DNA of 64,000 nt from an uncultured Acidimicrobiia bacterium (GTDB lineage Bacteria; Actinomycetota; Acidimicrobiia; IMCC26256; PALSA-555), in NCBI GenBank assembly GCA_963731815.1, contig CAVSWW010000011.1, positions 343,466 to 407,465 on the forward strand. The letters are read 5' to 3'. Within the stretch, counting starts at the first letter, position 1; the number at the start of each line of letters is the position of its first letter. The notes beneath the pieces are model-generated. The model was not told the DNA's origin. It did no database searches and saw only the letters and a list, made by a program, of their open reading frames with translations. A program made the translations under genes and the position numbers. Shown here one piece after another: positions 31,000 through 43,029 of the stretch.

Positions 31000-32231
31000 G
31001 TGTCGCGAGCGGAGACAGACGTCGATGCGGTCCGCGCGACCGAACGATGGTTCGTGAGCCGGGGGCTGCCTCACTTCGTCTACCAGTTCCGCTCCTCACG
31101 CGACGTCTGGGTCGCGGTGGTGCCGATCGTCCTGCTGCTGTTCGTGATCGAGATCGGGGTGCTCGCACCCAACGAGGAGTACCCGGTGCTCGGCAGCATC
31201 GCGGCCGTGGTGGGCGGGGTCGTGGTGCTCGTCGCGATCTGGATGGTGACGAACAGGCTCCGGGGCCGGTCCTGGATCGCCCGGCCCGACCGGATCGGGC
31301 CCGTCGAGGTGCTGCTGTTCGTGCTCGGGCCCGCACTGATCCCGGTCGCGTTCGGTGGGCAGTGGCGGTCGGCGGTGGTCACCGCCGCCATCAACTTCGT
31401 CGTCCTCTCGCTCGCCTACCTCGAGCGGCGGTACGCCGTCGTGTCGCTCGCGCGGTGGACGCTGGCGCACCTCGCCAGACCGCATCCGCAGCGTCTCGGG
31501 CGTCATCCTTCGCGCGCTGCCCGCTGCTGCTGATCGTCGTCGTGCTCGTCTTCTACACGGTCGAGACGTGGCAGCTCGCGTACGAGCTGCGTTGGCCGGT
31601 CCTGCTGCTCGGCGCGGTGCTGTTCGTCGGCCTCGGACTCGTGTTCGCCGTGATCCGGGCGCCCGAGCAGATCGGTGAGATCGAGGCCGACGTCGACCCG
31701 TCGTCGATCCGTGACCTGGTCGAGGCGACGCCCTGCGAGCCGCTCGCCGCGCGCGGCGGCTCGTACTCGTCGCCACCGCTGTCGAAGAGCGAACGGCGCA
31801 ACGTGCGCATGGTGGTCGTCGTCAGCGAGGCCACCCTCGTCGCCATCGTCGGCGTGCGCGATGTTCCTCTTCTTCGTGGTGCTCGGCATGATCACGGTGC
31901 CGCCCTACCTCCAGGCGACGTGGATCGGTCAGCCGCCGAACGTCCTGTTCACGTTCGACCTGTTCGGCGAGCGAGATGGGGATGACGACCGAGCTCATCA
32001 AGGTCGCCGGCTTCGTGGCCTCGTTCTCGGCGCTGCAGTTCACCGTGTCGTTGCTCTCCGACCGCGGCGTACGAGGACGAGTTCCTGCAGGGCCTGCGCG
32101 CCGACCTGCGCCAGGCGTTCGCGGTCCGCGCCGTCTACCTCAAGACCGTCTTGGTCGGATCGAGCCCGGGTGAGGTACCCCGAAACCGCTGTGCGCGCAC
32201 GGATATCTCCACTACCCTGCACTCAACGTGA
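31000..32231 (+). pseudogene. polytopic membrane protein of unknown family, at least 4 frame breaks
   Basis: MSRAETDVDAVRATERWFVSRGLPHFVYQF.. plus TM segments continue through the frames of ORFs 31000, 30759..31985, 31675..32295 and 31976..32173 (LLLIVVVLVFYTVETWQLAYELRWPVLLLGAVLFVGLGLVF; MFLFFVVLGMITVPPYLQATWIG; TTELIKVAGFVASFSALQFTVSLLSD; AYEDEFLQGLRADLRQAF). Confidence 0.45.
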
Positions 32232-32295
32232 CTGCAGTTGCGTGCTCGCGGCCCCGCCCGAACGTCTTCGAGTCGGGGCCGCTCGTCGTGTGTGA

Positions 32296-33608
<1,313 letters not shown>

Positions 33609-33624
<16 letters not shown>

Positions 33625-34890
33625 TCGGCGGCGGCGGGCGCGAGCACGCGCTGGCGTGGGGCCTCGCCCGTGCCCGTCCGTCGACGAGGTCGTCGCCGCG
33701 CCGGGCAGTCCCGGGACCGAGGCGGTCGCGCGGAACGTGCCGGTCGACCCGAAGGACCCGGCGGCGGTCGCGTGCGCTGGCGGACGAGCTCGACGCCGAC
33801 CTGGTCGTCGTCGGACCGGAGGAGCCGCTCGTGCGGGGCGTCGTCGACGCCGTCCAGGCCGCGTGGTCGCCTCGCCTTCGGCCCGACGAGCGACGGTGCG
33901 CGCCTCGAGGGCTCGAAGCGGTGGATGAAGGAGCTCCTGGCCGGCGCCGGCGTGCCGACGGCCGCGCACGGGTCGTTCGAGGCCGGCGAGGAGGATGCGG
34001 CGTTCGCCTTCCTCGGCACGCTCGACGGCCTCTACGTCGTGAAGACCGACGGGCTCGCGGCGGGGAAGGGCGTCGTCGTGACCGAGTCGCTCGACGAGGC
34101 CGCCGCCGGCGGTGCGGAGCTACCTGTCGGGCGACGCGTTCGGCGACGCCGGTCGCACGCTCGTCATCGAAGAGGGGCTGCGGGGGCCGGAGCTCTCGTT
34201 GCTCGTGGTGTGCAACGGCGATCCGGACGGCGCGCGTGCCGCTCGCACCCGCGCAGGACTTCAAGCGCATCGGCGACGACGACGCCGGCCCGAACACCGG
34301 CGGGATGGGTGCGTACTCACCGGTCCCGATCGTCGACGACGAGATGGTCGAGCAGGTCATGCTCACCGTCGGTGCAGCCGACGCTGCGCACGCTGCTCGA
34401 CGAGGGAGTCGAGTACCGCGGCGTCCTCTACGCCGGGATCATGCTCACCGACGACGGCCCGAAGGTGCTCGAGTACAACGTGCGCTTCGGTGACCCGGAG
34501 TGCCAGGTCGTGGTGCCGCGCCTCGCCTCTGACCTCGGGGCGCTGTGTCGCGCCGTCCGCCGCAGGGGAGGCCCTGCCCGACATCGAGTTCCGCGACGAC
34601 GCGTGCGTCACCGTCGTGCTCGCGTGCGAGGGCTACCCGAACGCCCCCCGGACCGGCGACGTGATCGAGGGCATCGACGACCGCGTCCGCGCTCGACGAC
34701 GTGGTCGTGTTCCACGCCGGGCACGGCCCGTCGCGACGACGGTGCGCTCGTGACGGCCGGCGGGCGGGTGCTCGATGTGACGGCGACGCGGGCCGACGAT
34801 CGCCGACGCGCGACGGCAGGCCTACGAGGCGGCGTCGCGATCACGTGGCCGGGTGTGCAGCACCGCACCGACATCGCGGCGGCGGCCTGC
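33609..34890 (+). pseudogene. purD: phosphoribosylamine--glycine ligase, many frame breaks as assembled; 3-prime end approximate
   Basis: GTG 33609 opens [20 protein letters not shown]. Later fragments in all three frames include [152 protein letters not shown] and WPGVQHRTDIA. I count at least 8 breaks. Confidence 0.8.
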
Positions 34891-34942
34891 GGCGCGCGTG
34901 CGAGGCGCTACCACATGCTGGTCGGGCGGTGCTGTGCGCGGC

Positions 34943-35170
34943 TCAGGCTGGTCGAGCGTCCGCTTCTGGCCCGCGGCCCGCACGCCGGCCGCGACGAGCG
35001 CGCAGTCGATGCAGCGCGTCGGCATCCGCTTCCGCGTCGGCGGCACGAGGCACTGCGTGGCAGAAGAGATCACCGCAGTCCGCGACAGGTCCACTTCGGC
35101 GCGCTCGGTGAAGTGCTTCGCGCACGCACCGAGGAACGGTCTCGGCTTCTCGTCGCCACGATCCCCGCTC
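34943..35170 (-). CDS. possible small Cys-containing protein encoded antisense between purD and purB (boundaries unresolved)
   Basis: The minus-frame segment DEKPRPFLGACAKHFTERAEVDLSRTAVISSATQCLVPPTRKRMPTRCIDCALVAAGVRAAGQKRTLDQ has near-uniform G/C at third codon positions, unlike the other frames here. No in-frame start was found nearby and no family was recognised. Confidence 0.25.
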   Translation of the reverse strand, partial: ERGSWRREAETVPRCVREALHRARRSGPVADCGDLFCHAVPRAADAEADADALHRLRARRGRRAGRGPEADARPA

Positions 35171-35239
35171 CTCCAGGGCTCGCACCGTCGGTCGTGGAAT
35201 TGGTGATCGGTACGATGTTCGGCAGGGAGGAACCGGCAC

Positions 35240-36530
35240 TTGATCCCCCGATACTCACTGGCACCCATGGCGGAGCTGTTCTCCGACGAGGCCCGGTACG
35301 CCACCTGGCTCGAGGTCGAGCTGCTCGCCGTCGAGGCGCAGGCCAAGCTCGGCGTCGTCCCCGCCGAGGCGGTCGCCGTCGTCCGGGAGCGGGCGAGCGT
35401 CGACGCCGCAGCCGTCGAGGAGCGCGAACGGGTCACCGACCACGACGTCGCCGCGTTCGTCGACGTCGTCCAGGAGCGGGTCGGGCCGCCGCACGGCGCC
35501 TGGATCCACCACGGCCTCACGTCGAGCGACGTCGTCGACACCGCGCTGTCGGTCACGCTCGTGCGGGCGACCGATCTCCTGCTCGAGACGGTCGACGAGC
35601 TCGAGGTCGCGATCGTGGCGCGGGCGCGCGAGCAGCGCGACACCCCGATGATCGGTCGCACGCACGGCATCCACGCCGAGCCCACGACGTTCGGCGCCAA
35701 GGTCGCGCTGTGGGCGCTCCAGCTGCGGCGCGATCGCGCGCGCCTCGTCGCGTGCCCGCACGGCCATCGCGGTCGGGAAGCTCTCGGGCGCGGTCGGCAC
35801 GTACTCCAACATCGATCCGGAGGTCGAGGCGTTCGTGTGCGAACGACTCGGCCTGGAGCCGGTGCCCGCGACGCAGGTGATCGCACGCGACCGCCACGCC
35901 GAGCTCCTGTACGCGTGCGCGTCGCTGGGCGCGGCGATCGAGACGTTCGCGCTCGAGATCCGTCACCTGCAGCGCACCGAGGTCGGCGAGGTCGCCGAGC
36001 CGTTCCGCACGGGTGAGCAGAAGGGCTCGAGCGCGATGCCCCACAAGCGGAACCCGGTGAAGTGCGAGCAGCTCTGCGGCCTGGCCCGGGTCCTGCGTGG
36101 CTACGTCACGCCCGCGCTCGAGAACGTCGCGCTCTGGCACGAGCGTGACATCTCGCACTCGTCCGTCGAGCGGATCGTGCTGCCCGACGCGTTCCAGCTC
36201 GCGCACTACATGACGGTCCGCTTCCGGACGATCGTCCAGGGCATGACCGTCGACGCCGATCGGATGCGCGCCAACCTCGACTCCACGCGCGGGCTCGTGT
36301 TCAGCCAGCCCGTGCTCCTCGCGCTGGTCGAGTCGGGGATGACGCGCGACGAGGCGTACCGCGCGGTGCAGCGGAACGCGACCGCCGCCACCGAGCAGGG
36401 CCGTGAGTTCGAGGCCGTCCTCGCCGAAGACCCCGACGTCACCGGCGCGCTCTCCGCCGAGCGGCTGGCGGAGTGCTTCGACCTGGGTCACGCGCTGGAG
36501 CACGCGACGCACGCGGTCGACGCGCTGTGA
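35240..36530 (+). CDS. purB: adenylosuccinate lyase, one frame break
   Basis: TTG 35240 follows GGGAGGA and opens MIPRYSLAPMAELFSDEARY... The break lies near 35755. The remainder is in ORF 35835..36530 (GSSAMPHKRNPVKCEQLCGLARVLRG, signature SSxMPxKxNP). Confidence 0.9.
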
Positions 36531-37415
36531 CGCGCATCGCGCTGCCGCACCACTACACGGGCAAGGTCCGCGACCTGTACGAGGTCGATCACGACCGGAT
36601 GCTGATGGTGGCGTCCGACCGCATCTCGGTCTTCGACGTCGTCCTCCCCGACGAGATCCCCGACAAGGGTGCCGCGCTCACCGCGCTCTCGACGTTCTGG
36701 TTCGACCAGACCGCCGGCGTGTGGGCCGAACCACCTCGTGTCGTCCGACCCGACCGACTTCCCGGAGACGGCCGGGCCCGACGTCGCCGGCCGGGCGATG
36801 CTCGTGCGCGCGGCGCGCCCCGTCCGCCTCGAGTGCATCGCGCGGGGCTACCTGTTCGGGTCGGCGTGGTCGGAGTACGAGGCGACCGGTGACGTGAACG
36901 GCCGCGGCCTCCCGAGCGGGCTGCGCCAGGCCGAGCGGCTCCCCGAGCCGATCTTCACGACGACGACGAAGGCCGAGTCCGGTCACGACGAGCCGCTGAC
37001 GGAGTCGGAGGCCGAGGCGCTCGTCGGCGCCGGCGTCTACGAGCAGGCACGCGCGGCGTCGCTCGCGATCTACGCCCATGTCGCTGCCCACGCCGAGCGG
37101 TGCGGGCTGATCCTCGCCGACACGAAGCTCGAGTTCGGGCTGCTCGGTGACGACCTCGTCGTCATCGACGAGATGTGCACGTCCGACTCGTCGCGCTACT
37201 GGGCCGCCGACCAGTACCAGGTCGGGTCGTCGCCGGCGTCGTTCGACAAGCAGTTCGTGCGCGACCACTACCTCGACCTCGGCTGGGACCAGCAGCCGCC
37301 GGTGCCGCGGCTCCCCGCTGGCGTCATCGACGGCACGCGGGCGCGCTACATCGAGGCCTACGAGATGCTCACCGGGAACAGCTTCGACGAGTGGTACGGC
37401 AACGAGGACGGCTGA
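36527..37415 (+). CDS. purC: SAICAR synthase, one frame break
   Basis: GTG 36527 overlaps the purB stop (GTGA) and opens HHYTGKVRDLYEVDHDRMLMVASDRISVFD. The break lies near 36720. The remainder is in ORF 36669..37415 (LECIARGYL.GS.WSEY, ILADTKLEFG, DEMCTSDSSRYW). Confidence 0.9.
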
Positions 37416-37463
37416 GATGGCCAGAGACGCAACCAGGAGAAGGCTCGTCGCTACGATCGCCGG

Positions 37464-37721
37464 GTGAGGTACGCGGCGCACGTCGACGTGACGCACCTGC
37501 CCGGGGTGCTCGACCCGCAGGGCGCGACCGTCCAGCGCGCGCTCCCGGCGCTCGGATACGACAACGTCTCGGACGTTTCCATCGGCAAGACCATCCGCCT
37601 CGTCGTCGACGCACCCGACGAGGGCGCGGCACGGGCGCAGGTCGAGGAGATGTGCGAGCGGCTCCTGGCCAACCCGGTGATCGAGGCCTACGAGATCTCG
37701 ATCAGCGAGCTCGGCCTCGGC
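37464..37721 (+). CDS. purS: FGAM synthase subunit PurS (no stop codon before purQ as assembled)
   Basis: MRYAAHVDVTHLPGVLDPQGATVQRALPALGYDNVSDVSIGKTIRLVVDAPDEGAARAQVEEMCERLLANPVIEAYEISI is typical PurS. It reads straight into purQ in the same frame. Confidence 0.75.
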
Positions 37722-38517
37722 ATGAGCCTCGACGTCGCGATCGTGCTGTTCCCGGGCACGAACTGCGAGCTCGACGTCGCGTACGCAGTGGACCGGCTCG
37801 GGGGAACACCGACGATCGTGTTCCACACCGAGCGCGACCTCGGCGGAGCCGACGCGGTGATCGTGCCGGGTGGGTTCGCGCACGGCGACTACCTGCGCAC
37901 CGGGGCGATCGCGCGCTTCTCGCCGATCATGGATGCCGTCGCCGCGTTCGCGCGTGACGGAGGCCCGGTGGTCGGCATCTGCAACGGGTTCCAGGTGCTC
38001 ACCGAGGCGCAGCTGCTGCCCGGCGCGCTGCAGAAGAACGCGGGGCTGCGCTTCCTGTGCACGACGGTCGAGGTCGAGATCGCGAGCACCCGTTCGGCGC
38101 TCACGAACAGCGCCGCCGTCGGCGACGTGCTGCGGCTCCCGATCAACCACTTCGAGGGCAACTACACGTGCGACGCCGCGACGCTCGAGCGCCTGCGCGA
38201 CGGCGACTGCGTCGTCGCCCGCTACGTCGACAACCCCAACGGCATCGCTCGACGACATCGCCGGCATCAGCAACGACGCCGGCAACGTCGTCGGGCTCAT
38301 GCCGCACCCCGAGCGCGCGGTCGAGGCGATCCTCGGCTCGGACGACGGCGCGGTGCTGCTGCGGTCGCTCCTCGCCGCGGCCGCGACGTCCGCGCCGATC
38401 GCGCCCAAGCCTCCACGGCGTCTCTGCACGCCGGCGCTGCAGGCGCTAGCGGGTGATCCCGGCCTGCTCGAGGACCTTGGCCGGGACGCCGAGCTCGCGC
38501 CAGGTCGCCGTACGTGA
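37722..38517 (+). CDS. purQ: FGAM synthase glutaminase subunit PurQ, one frame break; 3-prime end uncertain
   Basis: ATG 37722 opens [15 protein letters not shown], followed by [17 protein letters not shown] (catalytic Cys). The break lies near 38245, after which [11 protein letters not shown] is in the ORF 37870..38517 frame. The three frames stop at 38449, 38456 and 38517. Confidence 0.85.
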
Positions 38518-38845
38518 TGCCCTTCGAGTCGCCGTAGGCCTTCGCCACTCGCACGAAGTCGTCCTCCAAGGACGACAGGTCGACCTTCCCGGCCGTCTTC
38601 GCGGCGAGCTCGACCTCGAGGTCGCGCCGCTCCTGCACGAGCTGGAGCCGCTTCAGCGACGACGCGTCCTGTGACTCCTTCTCGATCGCGGCGAGGCGCG
38701 CCTTGATCGAGTCAGGCGTGCGCTGACGGCCGCGGCGCGGGCGGTGCTGCTCGAGCGCGTCGAGGTACGTCTTCACCGCTCGGCCCTGCTCCCGGCCCAC
38801 GGCCAGCTTCCGCTTGTGCTCGTCGGTCATGCCCTTTGGTGCCAT
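38446..38845 (-). CDS. conserved hypothetical protein (coiled-coil, C-terminal HTH-like tail), one frame break
   Basis: ATG 38845 follows GGAGATAAGG and opens [40 protein letters not shown]... An extra base near 38505 breaks the frame. The shifted frame gives ..[24 protein letters not shown] with a stop at 38446-38448. Confidence 0.5.
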
Positions 38846-38934
38846 CGGTCCCTTATCTCCAAATCCGCCCGCGGGCATGCCAGGATAATCGAGGAAGGCC
38901 ATTTGGCGAAATAGGGTCCCGATAGTCTCGCCAG

Positions 38935-41234
38935 GTGGCCCGAGCGAGCGACGCCACTCCACCGCCAGCTCGGGCTCACCGACGAGGAGCTCGCCGACAT
39001 CGTCGGGCTCCTGGGTCGCGACCCCAGCGAGCTCGAGCTCGCCATGTACGCCGTGATGTGGTCGGAGCACTGCTCCTACAAGTCGTCGAAGATCCACCTG
39101 AAACGGCTCCCCATCGAGGCACCGTGGGTGCTCGTCGGCCCGGGCGAGGGCGCCGGCGTGATCGACGTCGGCGACGGCCTCGCACTCGCGGTCCGCATCG
39201 AGAGCCACAACCACCCGTCCGCGATCGAGCCGTACCAGGGCGCGGCCACCGGCGTCGGCGGCATCATCCGCGACATCTTCTCGATGGGTGCCCGCCCGAT
39301 CGCGTTGATGGACCCGTTGCGCTTCGGACCGCTCGACGACCCGCGCACGCGGTACCTCTTCGAGGGCGTCGTGTCGGGCATCAGCGGCTACGGCAACTCC
39401 GTGGGCGTCCCGACGGTCGGCGGCGAAGCGGTGTTCGACTCCTGCTACCGCGACAACCCGCTCGTGAACGTGCTCTGCCTCGGCATCCTCGACGTCGACG
39501 ACCTCGCGCTTCGCGCGCGCCGAAGGCGCCGGCAACCTCGCGGTGCTGCTCGGGTCGTCGACCGGTCGTGACGGCATCGGCGGCGCGAGCGTGCTCGCGT
39601 CCGCGGCGTTCGACGCCGAGGCCGGCAGCGCTCCGCCCGTCGGTCCAGGTGGGCGACCCGTTCGAGGAGAAGCGGCTCATCGAGGCGACGCTCGAGCTGC
39701 TCGCGCAAGGGCTCGCGGTCGGCATGCAGGACCTCGGCGCGGCGGGCCTGTCGTGCGCGGCGTCCGAGACCGCGGCGAAGGCCGGTGCAGGCATGGACGT
39801 CGACGTCGCCCGCGTCGCCAAGCGCGAGCCGGGCATGAACGCGGTCGAGGTGCTGACCTCGGAGAGCCAGGAGCGGATGCTGGCGATCGTCGAGCCGGAG
39901 AACCTCGACCAGGTGCTCGCGCTGTGCGAGCGGTGGGAGGTGCGCGCGACGGTCGTCGGACAGGTCACGGACACCGGCCGCTTCCGCGTCTTCGACGGTC
40001 GCTTCGACGCCGTCGGCGTCGCCGGTGAGAACCCGCCACCGCCGAGCGGCGACGCCGCCCCATCGACGTCGTCGGACTCCCCGCCGCTCGCCGACATCCC
40101 CTGCGACAGCCTCGGCGACGGCCCGGTGTACGACCGTGAGCGCGCGCGGCCGGCCGACCAGGACGCGCGCCTCGCCGACGACCCTGCGCCCGCCCTGTTC
40201 GAGCGGTTCCCGGCCGGCAGCGACCTCGGCCCGGAGCTGCTCGCCCTGCTCGCGACGCCGACCGTCGCCGACAAGTCCTGGATCTGGCACCAGTACGACC
40301 ACCAGCTGTTCCTCAACACCGTCGTCGGGCCGGGCGGCGACGCGACCGTGCTCCGGCTGAAGGGCACGCCGCGCGCGATTGCCCTGTCGACCGACGGCAA
40401 GGCGCGCTTCTGCCGACTCGACCCCCGGACGGGTGCGCGGCTCGTCGTGCTCGAGGCGGCGCGCAACGTCGCGTGCGCCGGCGCCCAGCCGCGCGCCCTC
40501 GTCAACTGCCTCAACTTCGGCAACCCCGAGCACCCCGAGGTCATGTGGCAGTTCGCCGAGGTCATCGACGGCATGGCCGAGGCGTGCGCCGCGCTGAACA
40601 TCCCCGTGGTCGGGGGCAACGTGAGCTTCTACAACACGTCGGAAGGGCGCGACATCGACCCCACGCCGGTCGTGGGCGTCGTCGGCATCGTCGACTCGCT
40701 CGACGAGCCGCCCCCGGGCCCGGCGTTCGTGCCCGGCCACCACGTCGTCCTGCTCGGCACGACCGGAACCGACCTCGGTGGGTCGGAGTGGGCGTCGGTC
40801 CTGCACGGCCTCGACGCGGGACCGCCACCTGCGGCCGACCTCGACGTCGCCGCGGCGGTGCACGCGCTCGTGCGCGACCTGGTCGTCACCCGGCGCGTCG
40901 AGCGCGGTGCACGACGTCGCGGACGGCGGGCTCGCGGTCGCGATCACCGAGATGGCGATCCACGGAGACTGCGGCGCCGCCGTCGTGCCCGACGGGGACG
41001 TCCCGGCGCCCGCGTGGTGCTTCGGCGAGTCGGCGTCACGCGTCGTCGTGGCCGTCGACCCGGTCGGACCTCGACGACGTGCTCACCCGGGCGCGCGACG
41101 CGCGGATCCCGGCGCGCGATGCCGGCATGACGGGCGGCACGCGCGTGATCGTCGACGGTGTGCTGGACGTCGCGCTCGACGATGCCCGCGCCGCGTGGCG
41201 CGGCGCGATCCCGAGCCTCTTCGCCCCGACCTGA
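38935..41234 (+). pseudogene. purL: FGAM synthase subunit PurL, about 5 frame breaks as assembled
   Basis: GTG 38935 opens the gene. [45 protein letters not shown].. is in frame 2, [19 protein letters not shown] in frame 3, and VQVGDPFEEKRLIEATLEL..LNFGNPEHPEVMWQF..VVGGNVSFYN in frame 1. The tail runs through ORFs 40778 and 40473..41234. Breaks lie near 38960, 39520, 39640, 40900 and 41065. Confidence 0.85.
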
Positions 41235-41237
41235 CCG

Positions 41238-42846
41238 CTACGGCCCAGTCGTCGGCGGCGCCGTCGTCGGCGGAGCCGTGGTGGTCGTCGCCGGCGCCGT
41301 CGTGGTCGTCGCCTGCGTGCGAGGCGTCGTCCGCGGCGTGGTCGGCGGCACGGTCGTGATGGTCGTCGCGGTGGTGGTCGACGTCGACGACGTGGTCGTC
41401 GTGGTCGTGTCGTCGCCCCCGCCGCCGGCTGCGAGCACGACGCCGCCCCCGATGAGCAGCAGCGCCACCAGTGCGGCGGCGGCGATGATCAGTCCTCGCC
41501 GCTGCGGCGAGTTGTCCTCGGGGTCGCCCCCGCGACCACGCGGTGGCGGCGTCCCGCCTCCCGGGGGCGGACTGCCTCCCGGCGGCGGACCGACGACCAC
41601 AGGGTCGGTCGGCGCGCCCGAGCCGCCGCCGGCCTCGGCGCCGACGCCGGCGAGCTCGCCGGTCTCGTCAACGCCTCCTCCGCCGGCACCCGCGGCTGCC
41701 GCGGCCGCGGCAGCGGTGATGCCACCGGCCGCGGCGGCGGTCGCGACGCCCGCACCGGTCGCCGCGGCACCTGCGCGCCGGTCGGCCTCACCCGCGGCCG
41801 CGAGCGCCGCGCCGAGCGCGATTGCGTGCTTCGGGTGCACGTCGACGTTCACGGGACGGCCGAGGTCGGCCGTGATCATCTGCGAGACGAGCGGGATCCG
41901 CGACGACCCGCCGACGAGCAGCACCACCTTCACCTGGTCGGCGGTGACGCCTGCGCCCGTCGAGCGCGCGTCGCATCGCGTCGAGCGTCATCGACACCTG
42001 CGGGCGGATCATGTCCTCGAACTCGCCGCGCGTCAGCCGCACCTGGGTCTGCAGGTTCGGCAGCAGCACCGGGATCGACGCGTCGGTGTCGGACGACAGC
42101 GCCTCCTTGGCTGCGCTGCACTCCTGACGCAGACGGCCCACCGCGGCCATGGCCGTGGGGTCGTCCTCGTCGAGCTCTTCGAGCGCGCCACCGAGCGAGC
42201 GCTGCACGTGCGCGAACACCGCGGCGTCGAAGTCGATGCCGCCGAGGCGCTCGATGCCCTCGGGGGTGCCGAGGGTCTGCCAACCGGTCTCGGTCTTGCG
42301 GAGCACTGCCGAGTCGAACGTGCCGCCACCGAGGTCGTACACCGCGATCGTGTCGCCGACGTCGACACGCTCGGTCGATGCGTAGTGGATGGCGGCGGCC
42401 TCGGGCTCGGACAACGTGATCGCGTTGGTGAGGTTCGCCTGGCGGATCGCGTTGTCGAGCAGCTCGCGCTTGTACGCACCCCAGTTCGCGGGGTGTGACA
42501 CGGCGACGCGATCGGGCTCGCTGCCTTCGCGCTGCGCGACCTCGGCCACCACCCACCGGAGGAGCTCGCTCATCAGCAGCTCCGCCGAGTACGGCGAGCC
42601 GCCGAGGAAGATCGGCGTGGTGTCGCCGACGCGGCGCTTGAACTCGCGCGCGACCCGGTCGGGTTCGGTCGCCGCTCGGCGCTCGGCGGCCTCACCGGTG
42701 AGGACGGTGTCGGCGTCGCGCACGAGCACGATCGACGGGACCGAAGAGCTCCGGCTGCCGAGCGTGGCGACCTCCGTCTGGCCGTCACGCCAGGTCGCCG
42801 CCGCGGTGTAGGTCGTCCCGAGGTCGACTCCCAGCGAATACGCCAC
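41238..42846 (-). CDS. Hsp70-family NBD-only protein with Ala/Gly/Pro linker, one TM helix and Thr/Pro-rich tail; one frame break
   Basis: GTG 42846 follows GGAGAGGG and opens VAYSLGVDLGTTYTAAA... [12 protein letters not shown] and VLLVGGSSRIPLV are actin-like ATPase motifs. There is no substrate-binding domain. The break lies near 41950. The C-terminal part (ORF 41238..41933) has an AAAAGGITAAAAAAAAGAGGGG linker, the TM helix LIIAAAALVALLLIGGGVVLAA, then TTTTTTSSTSTTTATTITTVPPTTPRTTP... Confidence 0.8.
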
Positions 42847-42942
42847 GTCCTCATCCCTCTCCGGTCGTCGGCCGTCGGCGACGGCCTCGTTGCGCGGCAC
42901 AGTAGGCGAACCCCACCCCACCCGTCCTCGGGGTCAGACCCA

Positions 42943-42970
42943 GAGATCCGGAATGCCATTAGGGGATCTC
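42943..42970 (+). promoter_or_regulatory. inverted repeat in the divergent Hsp70-like / IniB-N intergenic region (candidate operator)
   Basis: GAGATCC-N14-GGATCTC sits in a locally AT-richer stretch (CCGGAATGCCATTAGGGG) between the divergent starts at 42846 and 43030. Confidence 0.3.
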
Positions 42971-43029
42971 CCCGATGGAACGACCGGCGGCGCTGCGTAC
43001 CCTGCGAGAGCAGAAGGGAGGAGGAAGCC

